Below are positions 1 through 11,650 of a DNA stretch of 64,000 nt, one piece after another. The first letter of the stretch is position 1. Every line of letters starts with the position of its first letter. The stretch comes from Octopus sinensis (Eukaryota). The stretch spans positions 96,100,001-96,164,000 of the forward strand of contig NC_043001.1 of assembly GCF_006345805.1 (NCBI RefSeq), written 5' to 3'. Under the pieces are notes generated by a model. The model had not been told where the DNA came from. It searched no databases and saw only the letters and a list, made by a program, of their open reading frames with translations. The position numbers were made by a program, and so were the translations under genes.

Positions 1-239
1 TTTATTCATAATTGATGTTGTAGGAAATCCACAGTATAAGTCACGAGAATACAGAAACAAATATGATAGTATAAATATTTACAATTAGGTCTAACAAACA
101 CTACTCATTTCATTCCTCAGTCAACTAAAATTTGCGCACCCTCCAAGTAATGTTATAGTTGTATAATATTGCACAGAATGGTACAATACGATATTGACAA
201 TGTGAGTTTAAGCAATTAAACTGATATAACAACATAGTA

Positions 240-1444
240 TCATATCATCCCATAAGTAATGCCGTAACATCGTAGTAGGCTTTGAAAAAAAAACCCTAGT
301 AAGGGACCAATTTAGTCAACTATATATTCCCCATCTGAATTAATTTTCTATAGAAATCAGCTGGCTTAGGAGAGAAAAACTCTTGAAAGTCTGTTACAAA
401 TGCCTCTAAGGAATTGAATCCTTTTCAATTAATAAGATTTTGCAAGCTTCGAAATAATTGATAATGCGAAGGAGAAAGGTCAGAAGAATACGGAGGATGT
501 GGAAGCAGTTACCAACCTAGCTCTTCGGTATTGGCACATGTGATTCTTGCACTATGAACTCTGGCATTGTCATGATAGAAAATATCACCCTTGCGATTAG
601 TTAGAGAGCACCGTTTTCTGTAAGATTTTTATTCAAATTATCAATTTGTTCACGGTACACTCGTTCTGTAACTGCCTGGTTTTGTAACAAGATTTCAAAG
701 TGTATTACACCAAATATGTCACACCAAACGCATAACAAAACTTTCCGAGGAAGATCTTGTTTTTGATGGGATCACGTTTGTTCTCCTGGTTGAATCAAAT
801 TGACGTCGGTGTTTAACATTCTTATAAAGTATCCACTTTTCACCACCGACCAGTAGCATTTCAGATATTGACACGTTCTCTTTGATTTTTTTCACTCAGT
901 TTATTTGGAAACCTCCTGACAACTTAGACACGATTCTAAGTTCTTGAAAATGGCGATGGACAATCGATGACAATGAATTATTCTCTTCTGGTGACTCTTC
1001 AACTATTGCATATGGATTTCTTCCAGTAGCAGTTTTTAACATATCATTGTCAAAATAGAGGGTACACAGAGTGCCAGGCATCTTTCAAGCTAAAGTGGGC
1101 TTGTACAACATTACGGAACCATCGTTGGCTCTTGCAAATATCCAAAACACCTTCCTCATGCACTTCTCACAAACTTTTTACGGCATTTGTTTCTTCGTTG
1201 CGTATTTTTATACTCGTAAAGAATGGCGTGTCTAATGTGCTCTTTTGTAACCTCCTTTTTCATGGAGGGGTTATTCAAGTAACAAATTTCTATTTGTGTG
1301 TTCTGAAAGCCAGAATCTATCTAACTGGAGCGTTTATCCTCCTGTTATATTTATGCACCCGTAAAAACAATCTTGTTTAAACATGTTAGAGCATGTTTCA
1401 AGCAGTACAGTCTGAAAGATGACAATATTTATGAGATGACCTGA
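240..1444 (-). mobile_element. Decayed near-full-length mariner (Tc1/mariner, DD34D) DNA transposon
   Basis: Imperfect TIRs TCATATCATCCCATAAGTAATGCCGT (240-265) and ...GACAATATTTATGAGATGACCTGA (to 1444), each flanked by TA (238-239, 1445-1446). A transposase remnant lies between them. Confidence 0.9.
312..1263 (-). pseudogene. Mariner transposase pseudogene
   Basis: Manual minus-strand translation across frameshifts and stops gives MKKEVTKEHIRHAILYEY (HTH start), GEKWILYKNVKHRRQ, KVLLCVWCDIFGVIHFE, FYHDNARVH and LLPHPPYSSDLSPSHYQLFRSLQN. These match the mariner DEKW, HDNA and YSPDLAPSD motifs. Confidence 0.9.
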
Positions 1445-2249
1445 TACTATGGATGTAAATCATGCACCAGTGTTCGTATTTCATGAATAAAATAGAAAAG
1501 GGACGTTAAACCATAGGCAAGCACTATAGAAAGGTTGACGAAGTTGGGCGTCAAGGGTAAAATACTGCATCATGCTAAACATTAAGATATTTTATATTTT
1601 GTATTCAATTCATATAATCTCTTTTAAAATTCTAACTTTTAGAGTGTTGAGAGCTGATAAGAGAGTAGACGTTCCTGTTAGCATATAGCTTTAAATATTA
1701 TAGCAGCCCTTTAAAAGATTTCAAAATTTCTTATTCACTCTTTCTACAAGTTGAAACCCACAAAAGGAAAATCTGTTTGTGCATGAATCACCGTTTTCAG
1801 AACGTTATTCACAAAGCCTCAAAATTTCTTTTGTTTTACTTTTAGATCTAACCTACTCAGTTCCGAGAAGACTCGGTTTCTAACAATGCACCAACACAGC
1901 TCTTACTCTCTACATATTCATTCAACGTTATCGTGAATCCGCTTTAGACGGAAGCCGTTTAATTATAAGCCCTTCGCATACTAAAAATAGTCCTTCAATT
2001 ATAAATTCCGGCATCTTTCTTCGTAGTTTCGCATTTCTTCTCTCTGCAACATAGCAGTTAAGACTACATATTTATTTGAAATTATTTTAGTCACATGTCT
2101 ATATCTTAAAACTTCAGACAGCTATCACCGTCAATATTATAGTTCATGCCATATCATGTGACAGGAAGTTTACTTGGATGGTAAACAAAAACATTTCATT
2201 AAGGAGCGATGTTTATGATGTTGAACGAACATAAGGAAAGATGTTTATG

Positions 2250-2554
2250 TGGAGGCACATGGCCTAGTGGTTAGAGCAGCGGACTCACGGTCGAGTGATC
2301 GCAGGTTCGAGTCTCAGACCGGGTGATGTGTGTGTTTATGAGCAAAATCACCTAAGCTCCACGCGGCTCCGGCAGAAGGTAACGGTGAACTTCTGTTGAC
2401 TCTTTCGCCACAACTTTCTCTCAGTCTTTCCTCCTGCATCTTGCAGCTCACCTGCGACGGACCGGCGTCCTGTCCAGGTGGGGAACCTATACGCCAAGGA
2501 AACCAGTAAACCGGCCCTTATGAGCCAGGCGTGGCTCGAGTAGGAACAAACAAA
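2250..2554 (+). mobile_element. tRNA-derived SINE (octopus OR-like head, tail type a)
   Basis: A box TGGCCTAGTGG and B box GGTTCGAGTCTC; the tail ends GGAACAAACAAA; perfect 13-bp TSD AAAGATGTTTATG at 2237-2249 and 2555-2567. Confidence 0.9.
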
Positions 2555-3591
2555 AAAGATGTTTATGCCATAGTATTTGTTTTGGGTCTATATTGCTTCT
2601 TTCTAATTTTCTAGATTTTGTTTGACAACATTTATGTAAAAAAATTTTAGACTAAGATATGAACTATAATTTCTGTCTTGCTATCTTTCCATTGCATACA
2701 GACATCGTTCGTACCAGTTAAACCAATAAATATTATTATGAGAAATTGCAAACCCATTATTCGTATAAGTTTTGGTGATAATATACATTGTTACATATGA
2801 TGAACGAATAGAAATTCTTACCAGTCTGAAAGCAATATTGATTTAACGAGAATCTTATTCCGAATATATGCAGTTTGTGTCCATATTGCACTGTGAACCG
2901 AAAAAACGTAGCGTTCTATGAATTACCAGCGCATACGCATTGCTGTATGAAACTAACTTTATCTTTATACTGTACAGTTCTAAAAATCATTGACCTCGTT
3001 GTTTATTTTGATAGGCTATAGAAAGTTTCCCTATGCTTCGGTATATCTGAGAGTAAGAGAGAGAGAGAGAGAGAGCTAGCACCGACGTGATTTACCACAG
3101 GTTTTAGCCTATAATTTGATGAATTTTTACCACATTTATCATCCAATACCGTCCCTACTTTTGATTTCTCAGAGCACTGAAGTTGCAAAGCATCATGAAG
3201 AATCTGATGCACATGTCGTAATCTACATTTTGGTATCATTAGAAAGGTAATGAGAAACAAATTGTGGAACATTTAATTTATTTCAAGGACATTTAGTGAA
3301 AACTAACAACTGTTACTTCGGCCATAAATGGCAGTATAAATTAGGATCATCCTTCTTTTCAGTAAAATATCTTGGATGCACCTTGAATGTTCAAAGTACG
3401 TTTGTCTTTTTTGCTGCCTCATTCAGGCAACACAATCACAAGAATATCCGATGAAAATTTGAAGTTCATAGCTTATTGGTTTTGAGAATTATACTAATTT
3501 TTCTGTCAGAATGTAAATTCAGAAAATGAAGGTCATATTCAAAGAAAATGCTTGTATGTGTATGTAAATTGTAAACATAATTTGTAGTCAA

Positions 3592-3980
3592 AGGAGTGGC
3601 TGTGTGGTAAGTAGCTTGCCAATCACATTGCCCCGGATTCAGTCCTTCTGCGTGGCACCTTGGGTAAATGTCTCCTACTATAGGCTCGTCCCGACCAAAG
3701 CCTTGTGAGTGGATTTGGTAGATGGAAACTGAAAGAAACCCGTCGCATATATGCATATATATATGTGTGTGTGTGTGTTTGTGTGTCTGTGCTTGTCCCC
3801 ACAACATCGCTTGAGAACCGATGGTAGTGTGTTTACGACCCCGTAACTTAGCGGTTCGGCAAAAGAGACAGATAGAATAAGTACTAGGCTTACAAAGAAT
3901 AAGTCCTGTGGTCGATTTGCTCGACTACTAAAGGTGGTGCTCCAGCATGGCCACAGTCAAATGACAGAGTAAAAGAGATA
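3592..3980 (+). mobile_element. tRNA-derived SINE with internal (TA/TG)n (octopus OK-like)
   Basis: Head GGAGTGGCTGTGTGGTAAG, central microsatellite and tail GGTGCTCCAGCATGGCCACAGTCAAATGAC are shared with about 10 other copies in the window. Confidence 0.85.
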
Positions 3981-4222
3981 CACAATTCTAAATAATGTGT
4001 TTATATTATAAATGCTTACAATATATTTATCTCTTGATGCATATACACGCACACACTTCAGTTCAAGAACGGTCGAAAAAAGACAAGGACCAGGAGAAAA
4101 GAAAACTCCTTAGATAATCTTGTCCACTGCGTCTACCGCGATCGTGGTATCAGTATCAAAACATCAGCATTTCGTACATTATTTACTTTCGACATATATT
4201 TGTCTTCCTTTTGTTTGTTATA

Positions 4223-4270
4223 AATACAACGTTTCGGCTGATATACCCTCCAGCCTTCTTCGGGTGTCTT
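4223..4270 (-). ncRNA. Minimal type-I hammerhead ribozyme motif, degenerate (U4->C)
   Basis: Minus strand reads GACAC-CCGAAGA-A-GGCTG gagggtatat CAGCC-GAAAC-GTT-GTATT. Stem II is 5 bp and stem III is the palindrome AACGTT. Confidence 0.65.
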
Positions 4271-4344
4271 GGGAAATTTCGAACCTGGGTTCACATTCCT
4301 AAGATATTTTTCGATATTATTATTATTAGTATTATTATTAAATA

Positions 4345-4410
4345 TGGCGTAGTGGTTAAGAGAGCGGGCTACTAACACCAAGATTCCGAGTTCGATTCCA
4401 AGCAGCGACC
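4345..4410 (+). mobile_element. tRNA-like SINE head (Pol III internal promoter)
   Basis: A box TGGCGTAGTGG (4345-4355), B box GTTCGATTCC (4390-4399) and an anticodon-like loop CTACTAA. The acceptor stem is not intact, so it is not called as a tRNA. Confidence 0.75.
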
Positions 4411-4444
4411 TGAACAACAACAACAACACAACAACAACAACAAC

Positions 4445-4493
<49 letters not shown>

Positions 4494-4497
<4 letters not shown>

Positions 4498-5606
4498 CAG
4501 GATCTAGGATGCATCACCCAAAATCTGACATAGAAAGACTATATATACAATGTATAGAAGGTGGTAGAGGCCTTATACAGCTGGAAAACTACTATAAAAT
4601 AACCACCATAGGACTGCAAAAATATCTACTTCAGAAGGAAGGAAAACTTATCCAGATAGCGGCAAAACACGAGCAAAACAAAAAACTGTTCTCAGTATTT
4701 AAGGAAGCTGACAAATACAAACAAGAAATCATACCACCTAATAAACATGAAGAAGAAGAAGATGAAGAAACAACAAAAGCTATAAAAAAAATGAAATCCA
4801 AACTAAAAATAGAACAGCAACGAACCATGATAAAACGATGGCAAGAAAAGCCCCTTCATGGTAAATACTGGACTAAACTAAACGCAAAAGAAATAGACAA
4901 AGAAAAATCCCAGCAATGGTTGAGAAGCTCAGGACTCAAAGCAGAAACAGAGGGATTTTTAATTGCAGCACAAGACCAAAGCCTCCCCACCAGAAATTAC
5001 CAAAAACATGTAATGAAAAGAAATATTACAAGTAACTGCAGAATATGTGGAGATGGACAAGAAACAATAAATCATATTATCTCTAGCTGCCCAGTCCTGG
5101 CTAAGAAGGAATATATTCACAGACACGACAGAGTTGGAATCTACATACATTGGAAGCTATGCCAACATTATGGAATAACAACAGAAAAAAGATGGTATAG
5201 GCACACACCAGAAAAGGTCACAGAAAACGAGAAAGCAACCATACTCTGGGATATGCCGATACACACAGATAGAGAAATTAAGGCCAACAGACCAGATATA
5301 GTTGTCAGAGACCATGAAGAAAAAAAATGCTTTCTAATTGATGTATCAGTACCGGCAGATGACAACGTGTCTCTAAAAGAAATGGAGAAACTCTCAAAAT
5401 ACAAAGACCTGGAAATAGAGGTAACTAGAATGTGGAATCTGAAAACAGAAACAATTCCTATCATAGTAGGTGCATTAGGCATGATAAAAAAATATTCAGA
5501 CAAATACATAACAAAAACACCAGGACTTACAAACACATATAACATACAGAAAATTGCACTACTAGGCACTGCACACATCCTACGCAGAACACTTTCCATA
5601 CAATAA
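4494..5606 (+). CDS. C-terminal part of non-LTR retrotransposon ORF (post-RT region, CCHC zinc knuckle, restriction-like endonuclease)
   Basis: 370-aa open frame with CRICGDGQETINHIISSC, RHD, PDIVVRD, LIDVSVP and KEMEKLSKYKDL. The ATG arises at the AAT/element junction, so it is probably not the native start. Confidence 0.85.
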
Positions 5607-5710
5607 CCATCAGAGCATCACAACAAATCACAGCACATACCCAAGGCACACAGAGCTGCGCTCTGTAGTGAAGTGAAAGCACGCTATAAAAATAAAAATA
5701 AAACTACTGA
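4494..5710 (+). mobile_element. 5'-truncated R4/Dong-clade-like non-LTR retrotransposon inserted in (AAT)n
   Basis: Restriction-like endonuclease ORF plus a ~100-bp 3' UTR ending ACTACTGA, with (AAT)n on both sides. Confidence 0.85.
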
Positions 5711-5771
5711 ATAATAATAATAACATCGAAAAATACCTTAGAAATGAGAACCCAGATTCGAAATTTCCCCA

Positions 5772-5818
5772 AGACACGTGAAGAAGACTGGAGAGTATAT
5801 CAGCCGAAACGTTGTGTT
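5772..5818 (+). ncRNA. Minimal type-I hammerhead ribozyme motif, degenerate (C3->G)
   Basis: GACAC-GTGAAGA-A-GACTG gagagtatat CAGCC-GAAAC-GTT-GTGTT. Stem I is GACAC/GTGTT and stem III is the palindrome AACGTT. Confidence 0.7.
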
Positions 5819-8101
5819 AACAACAAACAAGATGAGAACAAATATCCCTCGAATATAAATAAGGTAAATAATGTAAATAATGTTGAAAATTCCTCATCTC
5901 TTACATATAGAACTGTTTTATCAGCATTTCGTGTTAAACTTCTCAACTTGGCACCATCGGTTGCTTTCTCAGTCTCGGTATAGTTTCTGATGAATCCAGT
6001 GATTGTTGCTATGAAACTATGCGTCAGGAACAGCTTCACAAAGACTATGAGCCGCGTCTTGTCCTTTACATTGGCAAGGTGTTCGTGTTCAGGTCGATAT
6101 CGATGTTTGACAGCTTCATCACCATCAACGTCACTTCATTCTTGTCCACAGACTACTTCCACTACATTCAACTATGTCCCTGTGCCCCGTTGATGCCGCC
6201 ACTGGACTCTGGAACTGCTAACTCGGAATCGTCCATAGAAGCTTCGTTGTCCCCATCAGAGTTTGGGTTTTAATTCAAATTTACTGCCCATTTCGTAACC
6301 AGTCGATTTACAAACTATCGCAAAATTATCATCGTTGTTTAAATCCAATCTTTCCAGTAATAGAGCTTGGCGAAAATATATTGTACTGTTATCGAAAACG
6401 CTGGTTAGATGTTATGTGCGTACTGTAAAACAGCGATCTGAAACAATATGGTGCATGCAACGTTCGGTCGATCTAGGAATCTTTCTTTATCATTTATCGG
6501 GGGCCCCTTTTCCGAATGAAATCGGATCTTTTAGTAAAAACAAGGTGGTATCGTGTATCATATACTATAATTCGGCAAAGCTGTTGCGACATCACAGTTC
6601 ACTCGTGCACGTGAAACAGCGAATGCATTGGCATGTCGAAAAAAAACTGGACACTGTGCACGCGCCGATCGCACCACGTTTTCCAGCTTACTGCCCGTTG
6701 CAGTTCATGGGTTAATATGGAGAGTTTGCATTCAAACAGCGCATCACAGCACTGCAAGTCAGCTTAACCAGAAATTTTACACGAGAATAACATAATAAGC
6801 AGAAAATATTAAGCTTATTTGACAGACATTCGAATAATATATTGCTCACGTTCTTCTTCGTAATTCCAGAACAACGTGAATTAACATTAGTCCTGCCAGA
6901 TTGCATCAATGTAGCTCTTCAGCTCGACAAGATCTCCTAAATGAAATTCTATCCTAATTTATGAAACCACTTTAGTCAATCTGAAAGCGTCCTGTATATA
7001 TAGACGCAGTATATGAAAAAGAAAGTGAGAGAAACAAAGATCTTATTCGAGAATATTTCAAAATCATTCTTGCATCCATTTGACTATGTCTTTTCGTTGG
7101 TAAACCTCCAAGAATCAAGTCATTACGGGCAATGTCCCATCTCTTAGGAGCAAATTAGCAATAAATCAAAATGAAGTGTATTAGTCTAGCAACGCTACTA
7201 TTATTTTCTAACAGTCGATGTCTTTATTTATCAACGAAATTGACAGTCAAAGAAACCATATTCTGCCTCCTGACAGTAGTAATTAATGTTACAGTAAGTA
7301 GATAAGTCATTTTATGTAATTAATATAGTTAAGAAAAGCGTGTTTATATCAAGTGTAGAGTAAATATGCGCCATACTTTTACTGCTGGAGTATCAAATTC
7401 TTTTCCTCTCTTTTTCGCTGTTTACGAAGTTCTGCCGTTCCTTAATCTTACATTAGTTTCCTTCTGTTTCTCATTTCTTGCCTAGTTCTATATATTTGTA
7501 TCCACATTTAATCTATTTTCTTTTTATTATCAACACTTGTAATTTCCTTATACAATACATACACGTACAAACACGCATGTGTAAAGCATAAGCATACATA
7601 TACACACACGAATACTCACACACGCGTTCAAGCACAAAAAAACACTCACACATATACACACGCATATATATGCACTTACATGCGTGTTTATCTACATGTG
7701 TGTATGTGTGTATACTTGTGTGTGCATCGTTCATATTAGAAAATCGTTGCGTATGTAGAGATATGTAATTTGTGAGTGACATGACAGAATAGAATAAGGA
7801 AACACTGCCAGTAATAGTCATACAATTTACAGAAATAACGCAATATCGAACAAAACACCAGAATATCCATGCCTAGCGCTGCCAAATGAGTACTTAAGTT
7901 GTCATAATGTTTACAGCAATTTGTCAAGATAGTTTCGCTCGCAGATATTTTTAAATTATTTCCACGTAGGCTTTAGTCAGTTTTGTAAACCATAACACAA
8001 TATTAATGGTGATGATAAAAATAAAGATGATGTTGATAATGACGTGGACGATGATGATGATGACGACCACGACAACGACGACGATGATAATGATGATGAT
8101 A

Positions 8102-8132
<31 letters not shown>

Positions 8133-8530
8133 CGACGACTATGACGACGACAGCGACGACAAAAGATTCATATTTTGCCAAAAGGGTAACAAAATGCGCT
8201 ATACATTACAATGACGCTTTGCTAGAACAGTGTAAAGGATTTTTCATCGAATATAAAAATGGAACAAACGCGGTGAAAACAAATAAAAATTATATATATA
8301 TAAAGAAACATGAGCATGTATAATAAATTCAAAGGCGTTTAACAGTGTTTTATTTCAATATAATACAGTGTACATCGATAAATTTTAGGTATTATTCTAT
8401 GTCATAGATTAATATAATACATAACGCACACGTTATTTATTACCCGAGCTAGCTGCCAAAATGATATGATATACGTATCCTAGTTGCTTAAGTCTCATCT
8501 AATTGCTGGGTAATATTTCAGTCTAATGTA

Positions 8531-9128
8531 GCGAGCTGGAGGAAACGTTAGCACGCCGGGCGAAATGCTTAGCGGTATTTCGTCTGCCGCTAAGTTCTGA
8601 GTTCAAATTCCGCCGAGGTCGACTTGCCTTTCATCCTTTCGGGGTCGATAAATTAAGTACCAGTTACGCACTGACGTCGATATAATCGACTTAATCCGTT
8701 TGTTTGTCCTTGTTTGTCCTCTCTGTGTTTAGCCCCTTGTGGGTAGTAAAGAAATAGAAATAGGTATTTCGCCTGTCTTTGCGTTCTGAGTTGAAATTCC
8801 GCCGAGGTTGACTTTGCCTTTCATCCTTTCGGGGTTGATAAATTAAGTACCAGTTACGCACTGGTGTCGATATAATCGACTTAATCCGTTTGTCTGTCCT
8901 TGTTTATCCCCTTTGTATTTAGCCCCTTGTGGGCAGTAAAGAAATAGGTATTTCTGAGTTCAAATTTCGCCGAGGTCGATTTTGCCTTACATCCTTTTCG
9001 GGGCCGATAAATTAAGTACTAGTTGCTTACTGGGGTCGATCTAATCGACTGACCCCCGACCTCGAGGTCGATAAATTAAGTACCAGAAGTGGACTTTCAG
9101 ACCTTGTGCCTAGAGTAGAAAAGAATAT
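8531..9128 (+). mobile_element. Deu/Nin-domain-like tRNA SINE, tandem trimer
   Basis: Three head-to-tail units with B box GTTCAAATTCC and core GCCTTTCATCCTTTCGGGGTCGATAAATTAAGTACCAG. The last unit ends CCTTGTGCCTAGAGTAGAAAAG. Confidence 0.85.
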
Positions 9129-9273
9129 TTCAGTCTCTCTGAAGACAGATATAGAAGATACCCATTTGGTTATGAACTCCCAACAAATGACGGAAACTAC
9201 TTCAGCCGATCACCGGAACCTAAATTTTATATGACACAGAGTAGTTATAAAGAGTTAATGAAAACTTATCCTT

Positions 9274-9712
9274 ATAGGTTCAGGCGTGGGTGTGTGGTAA
9301 GTAGTTTGCTTTCCAATCACATGGTTTAGAGTTTTCCGGATTTCCTGTTTACTGGGAAAATTTCTTCTACAATAGACTCGGGCCAACCAAAGCCTCGTGA
9401 GTGGATTTGATATACGAAAACAAAGAAACCCGTCGTATACATATGTGTGTATTCGTTTCTGTATGTACGCATATATTCATGTGCGCTTTACTTGGTGTTT
9501 ATATTTACCCCTTACCACCATCACCACTACTTGAAAACCGGTGCAGGTTTGTTTACGTCTCAGTAGATCAACGGGCCGGCAAATCATATCGACACAATAA
9601 GTGCCTTGCTAAAAAGGAATTAAGTACTGCGGTTGATCTCTTCGCAGGACGGCCTTGGAGTACGGCCTGAATATGGCCGTACTCCAATGACTGAAAAAAG
9701 CATAAGATAACG
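9274..9712 (+). mobile_element. OK-like SINE, diverged
   Basis: Recognisable head, AAAGCCTCGTGAGTGGATTTG core and a diverged tail. Confidence 0.7.
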
Positions 9713-10526
9713 TTAAAAGATATTCTATCGTAAATAATAGCAATGTAAAAACCAAAGAAACGTGACCGTTACCTAAATCAATATAAGGCAGCCTTCAAAC
9801 CATTTAATGTTCTTCCTACTAGGAAATAAGACACGAAAATTGCTGTCTTCTAGCTATAACAGGCCGTCCACCTCCGCCTAGTTATAGCAAATACGCTGGA
9901 GAATAACACTTTTCTCTCTACTTTAGTCCTACAATTTCGCACTAATGAACGAGAAATTCCTCAAGATTTAAAACAGTAGAGATTTCAAAGAGGTGAACAG
10001 GATAAAATAGGCATCATCATTTTCTTTCATGCCTACATATTGCGCATATCTCAGATTTAAAATTACGGTAGATATCCTGTTCTTCTGAATGCTTCAATAC
10101 TTCTCAATTTTCAGTTGAATATAAATCGTAATTTTGTTATATATCTTTATGCATTGGATATTGAATGTAATTCGAGTAGCTTACAATCCTAAATGAAATA
10201 TATCAGTAAATCTTCACGAAGTGTCGTCTTTCTCTGTTCTTGTATGTTGTTCCAATTGTATATTTTAAATTTTGTTCTGCAAGTATTGCTCGAATGAAAA
10301 GATTCTTCATAGGCAATTCTATGAGAAATATTTGCCTCTTTGTATCTCTATATTTTCATTAGGATGAAGTATCGTCAGTATTACTACGGTTAAATAGTAT
10401 GGCAGATAATATTTGTCGGTTTTAAAATAAGTAATCCGGATTTCGTGTGACGTTCAAGCGAGTAATTCTCATGAGTATAATTACTGATACTGCAAATATA
10501 CTGTGTGTATCACTAGACGAATTTGA

Positions 10527-10775
10527 TGGAGGCACATGGCCTAGTGGTTAGCGCAGCGGACTCGCGGTCGAAGGATCACGTGTTCGAATCTCAGACCGGG
10601 CGATGAATATGTTTATGAGCGAATCATCTAAGCTCCACACGGCTCCGGCAGAAGGTAATGGCGAACTTCTACTGACTCTTTCGCCACAAATTTCTCTCAC
10701 TCTTTCCTCCTGCATCTTACAGCTCACCTACAATGAACGGGCGTCCCGTCCCGGTGTGGAACAAGGAAACCGGTA
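10527..10775 (+). mobile_element. OR-like SINE (tail a), 3'-truncated
   Basis: Near-identical head and body to the copy at 2250-2554. Confidence 0.85.
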
Positions 10776-11223
10776 GACTAGATTCATACGGTAGGAAGCC
10801 ATTCTATCTTCGACTTCATTTTTCACAAAATCGACCAGTGGGTGAATTTCTGATTATCCGTTTTGTTGTTGATTTTCCTTTGCGCAACATTTCAGTTCAG
10901 ATATCCTATATCATCGAAGTAATCATGCTTCTGATGGCACACCAGTTCGAAACTTTTCTTTATTTTAGAAATATATAACAACATTTCTCCATGTTTGTAT
11001 ACCTGTATGTATGCATACATATATGCATTTATCAAACAAGCCTAATATAGCAGACATATATGAATATAGTTACATATTTTTAGACACCGATTACAAAGAT
11101 TGATGTTCTTTATATGATTCCATAATGGGGAGACATATTATTATATAACAACATGCTAGTACACAAATATTAACACATATATGAATATATATAACTATAT
11201 GTAATATATATTATGTATGTATG

Positions 11224-11280
<57 letters not shown>

Positions 11281-11286
<6 letters not shown>

Positions 11287-11650
11287 GAAAGAATGGAGTC
11301 GAACGAAGATGTTAACAAAATTCCTTTACTCTCGACATATGTTTCGAAGACAGCATGTTTTCGTTCCAAAGGAATAAAGGGTGCATTATGCAATCTTCTC
11401 ATCAGGAAAGAAAGGGAGCCTCTCTCGACAACAAGATTAACAAAAATTTCGATGATTGCCTACATGGTAAACAAAGCGATAATGAGTGACTTATTAAAGA
11501 AACCGTTAGAAGAATTCACGTGAAGGATAGATATTAGGAAGAGAAGGGATAAAGGAATAATAGGTAGGGAACAAGTGGTGAAGCGACCTGTCAAGTCGAG
11601 AGTAAAGGAATTTTGTTAACATCTTCGTTCGACTCCATTCTTTCATTTAT
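11281..11650. repeat. Foldback element with ~56-bp near-perfect inverted arms, adjacent to (TA)n
   Basis: 11281-11336 is the reverse complement of 11595-11650 apart from one indel. Confidence 0.9.
11323..11416 (-). ncRNA. Type-I hammerhead ribozyme with intact catalytic core
   Basis: Minus strand reads CCCTTTCTTTC-CTGATGA-GAAGAT...GTCTTC-GAAAC-ATAT-GTC-GAGAGTAAAGG. It has the G10.1-C11.1 pair, an extended stem II (GCAT/ATGC), a bulged stem I and the palindrome ACATATGT. Predicted cleavage is between 11334 and 11333. Confidence 0.85.

Larger units (their letters stand above)
4176..5919 (+). mobile_element. Composite non-autonomous retroelement: inverted arm, tRNA-like head, (AAC/AAT)n linker, hammerhead-bearing arm; interrupted by a LINE
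   Basis: Perfect 13-bp direct repeat ATCAGCATTTCGT at 4163-4175 and 5920-5932. Segment ~4176-4330 is the reverse complement (roughly 85% by eye) of ~5711-5875. Confidence 0.8.

Noticed and set aside
3173-3246. Candidate plus-strand exon STEVAKHHEESDAHVVIYILVSLE with AG/GT ends
   Set aside because: Short and unrecognised, with no compatible neighbouring exon; such matches are expected by chance in AT-rich DNA.
4345-4410. Possible tRNA gene (ACT anticodon-like loop)
   Set aside because: Acceptor and anticodon stems do not pair properly and it sits within a TSD-bounded element. The same applies to the other SINE heads.
6520-6580. IS200-like YHLVF-TK string on the minus strand (YDTRYHLVFTKR)
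   Set aside because: No downstream HUH motif and the surrounding frame is full of stops; likely coincidence.
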